Source: Anthoceros angustus (lineage: Eukaryota > Plantae > Anthocerotophyta). Taken from it: DNA of 64,000 bases. The stretch spans positions 806,001 through 870,000 of the forward strand of contig VJWM01000106.1 of the NCBI GenBank assembly GCA_010909165.1, read 5' to 3'. This document shows positions 58,409-64,000 of the stretch, piece by piece. A program made the translations under genes and the position numbers. The notes below the pieces were generated by a model. The model searched no databases. It had not been told where the DNA came from and saw nothing but the letters and a program-made list of their open reading frames with translations. The number at the start of each line of letters is the position of its first letter. The first letter of the stretch is position 1.

Positions 58409-60898
58409 TTAGGAACTCACCCGCTTTCGCCTTACTTGACTTTGGGTATGCTTCTCATCCCCGACCAGAAAGCTATGCACCAGCCCACCCTCGTCTGTCC
58501 ACCAGCTCTGACCTGGCTGCTTCCTTGCTCTGAGTCTTGTTCTCATTGCCTCCAACTCCAATGCCTGCTCCCACATCTGGGCACCCTTGTATATGTTCGA
58601 CATGAGCACATATGCTGCGGCATCTTCCTTGTCTAGGTTCACTGCTTCATTGAAAGCATGGCGTCCCACCTCTACATTGCCCCACTTTTGACAAGCACCC
58701 AATAGGGTGTGCCAAACTGAAGCATTAGGCCAAACAGGCATGGATCTCACAAAAGCTAGTGCCTCATCCAGCTCTCCTGCACGGCCCAGGAGATCCACCA
58801 TGCACGCATAGTGCTCAACGGTTGGGTCAATGCCATATTGTCCACTCATAGCCTCGAAGTACTCCCACCCTTTCTCCACTAGACCCACATGACTGCACAC
58901 TGTTAGTACACTAAGGAATGTGATGCCGTCTGGCCAAACACCATCCTCTCTCATTCTCCGGACCAGGTCAAAGACTACTTCACTTTCTCCTTGAGAGGTG
59001 TAGCCTGCAATCAGTGCACTCCAGGCGACAATGTCTCTTTTACATGATGCATCAAACACCTGCTGGGCCTCAACCATGCTCCCAGACTTCCCGTACATGT
59101 TTATCAAACTACCTACAAACACATCAACTTGAAGGCCTTGTTCTGCTATCTGTTCATGTAGCTGCCTTCCTAGATACAAAGCAGCCACATTTGCACATGC
59201 CTGAAGGAGGCACACAAATGTCACCGAATCAGCTACAACCATGTCTTCTTGCATAGCGCTATAGATAGAAAGGGCTTCCTGCCCCAAGCCCTGCTGGGAA
59301 TACCCTGCTATTATGGCATTCCATGTCACTACATTTTTCTGACCAAGTCCATCAAACAGTTTCCGAGCATCTTCCAAGCTGCCACACTTAGCATACATGT
59401 TCACCAAACTATTGGCTACAAGTACATCAGCTTCATGTCCTCGTTCTCTGATCTGCGTATGAAGCTGTTTGCCTTTCTCCAATGCTCGGGTGCCCACCCG
59501 AGTGCATGCCTGCAGGAGGCACACAAATGTGACGGAATCAGGTACAGCGATTCCCTCTTCTTGCATAGCACAGTGAAGGTCAAGGGCTTCCTGACCCATT
59601 CCCTGCTGGGAGTATCCTGCTATCATCGCAGTCCAAGTCACCACATCTTTGTGACCGAGTGAATCAAACAATTTCTTTGCATCTTCCACACTGCCACACT
59701 TTGCATACATGTGCACCAAACTGTTGGCTACAAAACCATCAGCTTCATGTCCTAGTTCTCTTATTTGCGTATGAAGACACTTTCCCTTGTCCAATGCCAT
59801 TTTTCCCACACTTGCACACGCCTGAAGGAGGCACACAAATGTGACAGCATTGGGTACAGCAATGCCTTCCTCTTCCATGGCACTGTAAAGACGGAGGGCT
59901 TCCTGCCCCATGCCCTGCTTGGAATATCCTGCTATCATGGCAGTCCAGGTCACCACGTTTTTTTGACCGAGTTTATCAAACATACTATGGGCATCCTCCA
60001 AGCTGCCACACTTAGCATACATGTCTACCAAGCAACTTGAAACGAATAAATCAGGGTCGATGCCACTGGCCAAAACATCAGCATGCACCTGCTGGCCAGC
60101 TTTCAAGTCTGATCCCCTTGCACAAGCCTGAAGAGCTGCCACAAATACATGACCGTCTGGCTTCACACTGGACCTGCGCATCCGATGATACAGTTGCATG
60201 GCCTGCTTGCCTTGTCCGTGTTCAACATGAGCAGAGATTATAGCTGACCAGGTGAAGGCATCTGGTTCAATAATCCGTTCAAACACATTCATCGCGTCTT
60301 GCAACCTGCCACGAGACGCATACATCCGCAGGATGTGGAAGCCCAGGAACGTATCTGAATGGTATCCCTTTTGAACCGCGAAAGCATGAACGCGGCAGCC
60401 CAGAACAAGATCCTTATTGATTAGACATCTCTTCAAAATAGCGAGGAAGAGAGGTTTGGAAATATGACGGTCTGTCCGCACCAGGACTTCCATGGCCTCA
60501 ACAGCATCGGTGAGATGGCCCTCGCGACATAGCCTGCTCACACCCTCAGCCGTTATGCCCCAATCTTGACCTGCAGACCTGGGAGGGTCAGGATCATACC
60601 GTAAGCTACCATCGGAGGCACAACGACCTATCCTCAAATCTGAAACACCAAGCTGGGCATGTCTCCACGCTGGCTTGCAGAGGGCGATATCCTGGGAATG
60701 CGTAGGTCGGAAGGGAAGTGAGGCACGACCCTTCTTCTTTTGTCTGTTATCCCATCCAGGTGGGGGCCGACCCTCGATGGAAGATCCAGCCAGATGTCCT
60801 GCAAAAGTGCTGCACGTCCCGACTTGATGGTGCGGCAGCGGTTGGCTCCTGGAAATCAGGCGACCAGAAGCTCTTCGTACCACTAGCCCACCAGCCAT
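58409..60898 (-). CDS. PLS-class PPR protein, E1/E2 with KQPGQSWW (WW-type box), truncated before the deaminase core; degenerate N-terminal PDF motif
   Basis: 829-aa ORF from ATG 60898; NVVTWTAMIAGY / TFVCLLQAC / MYAKCGS repeats; ends SFLVGDEKHTQSQVRRKRVSS*. Donor-like GTAAGG/GTGAGT sites near the end leave a further exon possible. Confidence 0.9.
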   Translation of the reverse strand: MAGGLVVRRASGRLISRSQPLPHHQVGTCSTFAGHLAGSSIEGRPPPGWDNRQKKKGRASLPFRPTHSQDIALCKPAWRHAQLGVSDLRIGRCASDGSLRYDPDPPRSAGQDWGITAEGVSRLCREGHLTDAVEAMEVLVRTDRHISKPLFLAILKRCLINKDLVLGCRVHAFAVQKGYHSDTFLGFHILRMYASRGRLQDAMNVFERIIEPDAFTWSAIISAHVEHGQGKQAMQLYHRMRRSSVKPDGHVFVAALQACARGSDLKAGQQVHADVLASGIDPDLFVSSCLVDMYAKCGSLEDAHSMFDKLGQKNVVTWTAMIAGYSKQGMGQEALRLYSAMEEEGIAVPNAVTFVCLLQACASVGKMALDKGKCLHTQIRELGHEADGFVANSLVHMYAKCGSVEDAKKLFDSLGHKDVVTWTAMIAGYSQQGMGQEALDLHCAMQEEGIAVPDSVTFVCLLQACTRVGTRALEKGKQLHTQIRERGHEADVLVANSLVNMYAKCGSLEDARKLFDGLGQKNVVTWNAIIAGYSQQGLGQEALSIYSAMQEDMVVADSVTFVCLLQACANVAALYLGRQLHEQIAEQGLQVDVFVGSLINMYGKSGSMVEAQQVFDASCKRDIVAWSALIAGYTSQGESEVVFDLVRRMREDGVWPDGITFLSVLTVCSHVGLVEKGWEYFEAMSGQYGIDPTVEHYACMVDLLGRAGELDEALAFVRSMPVWPNASVWHTLLGACQKWGNVEVGRHAFNEAVNLDKEDAAAYVLMSNIYKGAQMWEQALELEAMRTRLRARKQPGQSWWTDEGGLVHSFLVGDEKHTQSQVRRKRVSS

Positions 60899-61284
60899 AA
60901 CTCAGAGCACTCCGTGAGCTCTTGGATGCAATTAGGCACCCAGCACTACCTGGGGTAGCATGACCTTGGACTTGAGGCGACCAAGCCTGCATGTAATGCG
61001 TGACACACTGTAACCTCAGTCACCAACGCACAAAAAGGTAAGCACCTCAAGCCATAGCTGGCGGGCTGTCGTTGCTGCCAAGTAGCCGCAGCCTGTGAGG
61101 GTGGTGGCTATGGTCTTTTTTGCACCGCTAGGTGGCGGCCATCTCTTTGCTGCTAAGGCTACGCTTTGTAGCTCAGGTGCCTTTGCCATCTGGAATAAAA
61201 AGGCCTCTGCTCTGCGCTGCTTGAGGGTGGTGTAGTCATGCACCCCACTTGTGCGCCTCGACATCCGAGAGCTTTGCCTGCAAT

Positions 61285-64000
61285 ATGGCAACAGTATGGC
61301 AACCGGATCCATTGTGCACCCAGCATATTGGTGGGTGGACCGGGATTCTACAACGAGCTCCTGCTCACCTCACCTTCGCTCCGAGTCAACCGCTAGGAAA
61401 GGATCAAGCCTCCAGGTGCAGCAGTGTAAGGAGCCCTGCACCTCCACTTCCGAGAAAAAGTGTGGGTGGGGAAGGATTTTCCAGCGATGGTGGTCACCGG
61501 GAGCAGGAGCTCTTGTGGCAACGCTTTTTTCTGGAGCCTACCATGTGGTGGGACAACAGGCGAGACAGGAAGAGCTCCCGTTCGCCGGACTTCCGGCGCA
61601 AGCGGTCCGGTGAGGTCCTCTGGTTAAACAGCACGTCCAAGCCAGCTTGGGTGGATGAGCAGCTTGTGTCTTTGGATGTGCAGATGGGTCATGGTGCCTG
61701 TCCGTCCAAGTCCAGCTCCCCGGATAAGGATAAGCCTAAGCCTGGCAGGCAACCAGGATCGGAAATGGGCGTCGTAACAGCTGTAACCGTGGGCACGTTA
61801 TGTGAGCAGGGCAGGCTTACCGAGGCCGTGGGAGCCCTGGAATCTCTGGCGCAGACAGACTCTGCTATTTCCCAGTCTCTGTTTTACACTGTCCTAAAAC
61901 TGTGTGCAGCCAAGAAGGATCTGGAAGCGGGGCGACGAGTTCATAACCTCACTGTGAAACTTGGGTACGAATCGGATGCATACCTGGGGAATCATATCTT
62001 GCGCATGTATGCAGCTGGAGGTAGGCTAGAGGAGGCCATGGATGTGCTTACCAGGGTCGGCAAACCGAATGCCTTCATGTGGTTTTCCATTATCTCTGTC
62101 CATGCTAAGCATGGGAAATTTAATGCGGCCATACAATTGTACCATGAGATGCGTAGGTCAGAAGTGAAGGCGGATGCTCACGTCTTTGTAGCTGCCCTTC
62201 AAGCTTGTGCATCTGCCGCAGACTTGGAATCTGGTAGAAAAGTGCACTCTGATGTGTTGGACAGTGGCATTCCTCCCAACTTGTTTGTTGGAAACTGCCT
62301 GGTGGACATGTATGCAAAATGTGGCGAACTGGAAGATGCACGCCGGGCCTTTGACAGCTTGGCCAGAAAGGATGTGGTGACATGGACAGCCCTGATTGCT
62401 GGGTATGCACAGCAAGGGGCTCAGCAAGAGGGCCTGCTTGTGGCTAACGATGTGACTTTCGCTTGCCTTCTGAAGGCCTGTGCGAGCACTGGTGCCATAC
62501 GGAAGGGCAGGCAGCTGCACTCACAGATTGTCGAAAGGGGACAGCTGGATAACATAGTGTTGGGCAACTGCCTGGTAGACATGTATGCAAAATGTGGTGA
62601 ACTGGAAGATGCACGCCAGGTTTTCAACAGCTTGGCCACAAAGGATGTGGTGACGTGGACGGCGCTGATTGCTGGGTATGCACAGCAAGGGCTGGGGCAT
62701 GAGGCTCTTGTTTTGTATGAGCAAATGGAGCAGGAGGGCCTGATTGTGGCTAACCATGTTACTTTTGCTTGCCTTCTGAAGGCCTGTGCAAGCGCTGGTG
62801 CCTTACAGAAGGGCAGGCAGCTGCACTCACAGATTGTCGAAAGAGGACTGCTGGATAACATAGTGTTGGGCAACTGCCTGGTGGACATGTATGCAAAATG
62901 TGGTGAACTGGAAGATGCACGCCAGGTTTTTGACAGCTTGGCCACAAAGGATGTGGTGACATGGACGGTGCTGATTGCTGGGTATGCACAGCAAGGGCTG
63001 GGGCATGAGGCTCTTGTTTTGTATGAGCAAATGGAGCAGGAGGGCCTGATTGTGGCTAACCATGTTACTTTTGCGTGCCTTCTGAAGGCCTGTGCAAGCG
63101 CTGGTGCCTTACAGATAGGCAGGCATCTGCACTCACAGATTGTAGAAAGAGGACAGCTGGATGACATACTGGTGGGTAACGGCCTGGTGGACATGTATGC
63201 AAAATGTGGCGAAATGGAAGATGCACTGCAGGTTTTTGACAGCTTAGCCACGAAGGATGTGGTGACATGGACGGCTCTGATATCTGGGTTTGGTACTTGT
63301 GATGAAAGTCGCTACGCACTAGCTTGTTTTGAGGAGATGCTACTAGCTGGTATTCAGCCTAATGATACTACTTTTACTTGCCTTTTAGCAGCATGCAGTC
63401 ATGAGGGACTGGTGAACGAGGGTCGCAGGCACTTCAATTCCATGGTTGAAGAGTATGGCATGAAACCTACTAGTGACCATCACACTTGCATGATTGAGCT
63501 TCTTGGGCGTGCAGGCCATTTGGATGAGGCAGAGAACATGCTCTTATCGTGTGAGGGCCAAAGTAATATTGTGGGCTTGACCTCTTTGCTGAATGCCTGC
63601 AAAAGTCACGGGGATATAGAGAGGGCGACGCGGTGTTTCGAAAGCCTGGTTAGACTAGACCCGCAGCGGGCGTCCGCTTATGTTCTGATGGCCAATGCGT
63701 ATGCAGATGCAGGTAGGTGGGCCGATGTAGAGAGGATTGAAACCCAGAGAAGGGCAGCAGGAGCTAACAAGAAACCTGCAGTGGCGGGCATTGAGGTGAA
63801 CAAGCAGGTACATACATTTGTAGTTGGAGAAAATAGAGATGATATCGGGGTCAAGGTAGAGAGCTTGAATGCACGTCTGAAGCAGGAAGGGGGACACGTC
63901 CCCCACACAAAGTTGGTGTTAAAGCCATTGCCCGAGAAGGATAAGGAAGATGCACTTTGTGGGCACGCTGAGAAGCTAGCTCTGGCGTTTGGTCTGTTGA
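61285..64000 (+). CDS. Third PDF - PLS - E1/E2 - DYW:KP PPR paralogue, open to the window end (not in the ORF track)
   Basis: Read codon by codon from ATG 61285 (MATVWQPD) with no stop: WWDNRRDRKSSRSPDFRRKRSGEVLWL, four MYAKCG units (62308, 62581, 62887, 63193), KKPAVAGIE, and LCGHAEKLALAFGLL at the edge. Confidence 0.93.
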   Translation, partial: MATVWQPDPLCTQHIGGWTGILQRAPAHLTFAPSQPLGKDQASRCSSVRSPAPPLPRKSVGGEGFSSDGGHREQELLWQRFFLEPTMWWDNRRDRKSSRSPDFRRKRSGEVLWLNSTSKPAWVDEQLVSLDVQMGHGACPSKSSSPDKDKPKPGRQPGSEMGVVTAVTVGTLCEQGRLTEAVGALESLAQTDSAISQSLFYTVLKLCAAKKDLEAGRRVHNLTVKLGYESDAYLGNHILRMYAAGGRLEEAMDVLTRVGKPNAFMWFSIISVHAKHGKFNAAIQLYHEMRRSEVKADAHVFVAALQACASAADLESGRKVHSDVLDSGIPPNLFVGNCLVDMYAKCGELEDARRAFDSLARKDVVTWTALIAGYAQQGAQQEGLLVANDVTFACLLKACASTGAIRKGRQLHSQIVERGQLDNIVLGNCLVDMYAKCGELEDARQVFNSLATKDVVTWTALIAGYAQQGLGHEALVLYEQMEQEGLIVANHVTFACLLKACASAGALQKGRQLHSQIVERGLLDNIVLGNCLVDMYAKCGELEDARQVFDSLATKDVVTWTVLIAGYAQQGLGHEALVLYEQMEQEGLIVANHVTFACLLKACASAGALQIGRHLHSQIVERGQLDDILVGNGLVDMYAKCGEMEDALQVFDSLATKDVVTWTALISGFGTCDESRYALACFEEMLLAGIQPNDTTFTCLLAACSHEGLVNEGRRHFNSMVEEYGMKPTSDHHTCMIELLGRAGHLDEAENMLLSCEGQSNIVGLTSLLNACKSHGDIERATRCFESLVRLDPQRASAYVLMANAYADAGRWADVERIETQRRAAGANKKPAVAGIEVNKQVHTFVVGENRDDIGVKVESLNARLKQEGGHVPHTKLVLKPLPEKDKEDALCGHAEKLALAFGLL

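Noticed and set aside
1-64000. tRNA, rRNA or snRNA genes
   Set aside because: No recognisable cloverleaf, A/B boxes or rRNA sequence seen by eye; tRNAscan-SE/Infernal would be needed to exclude them.

Overview
Gene-dense nuclear DNA from a seed-free land plant. A hornwort such as Anthoceros is the most likely source (inference: short GT-AG introns, many intronless PLS-class PPR genes, DYW:KP domains ending in GRP, and a centriole-type Sfi1-repeat gene). It contains six PLS-class PPR RNA-editing-factor genes plus one E-domain remnant. Two are E+ genes with a PG box (7585-10332 minus, 29689-33003 plus), one is an E+ gene with an SWW box (58409-60898 minus), and three are DYW:KP/GRP paralogues, the class linked to reverse U-to-C editing (41255-46249 disrupted, 46570-49182 intact, 61285->64000 open to the window end and absent from the ORF track). 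The main finding is that all three DYW:KP genes carry a well-conserved OSB/PTAC9-type 'PDF' ssDNA-binding motif between the transit peptide and the PPR array; a decayed copy sits in the head-to-head SWW gene. Other genes: a divergent LHCII (Lhcb) gene, a PMT20/21-like methyltransferase (8 exons), an SFI1-like centrin-binding protein, plastid RPL6, a strictosidine-synthase-like gene, a TRAPPC2/sedlin pseudogene retaining a U12 AT-AC intron remnant, and a frameshifted secreted tandem-repeat protein. Mobile DNA: a decayed DDD (Sola-like) transposase with a GC-rich hairpin satellite, and two CRE-like non-LTR fragments. Three duplicated segments are rich in indels (1-2.8 kb, 25.8-30 kb, 41-45 kb); the latter two have microhomology junctions. 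They may be real template-switch products or long-read consensus artefacts. No tRNA, rRNA or CRISPR array was seen. All family assignments are from motif recognition by eye; no database search was run.
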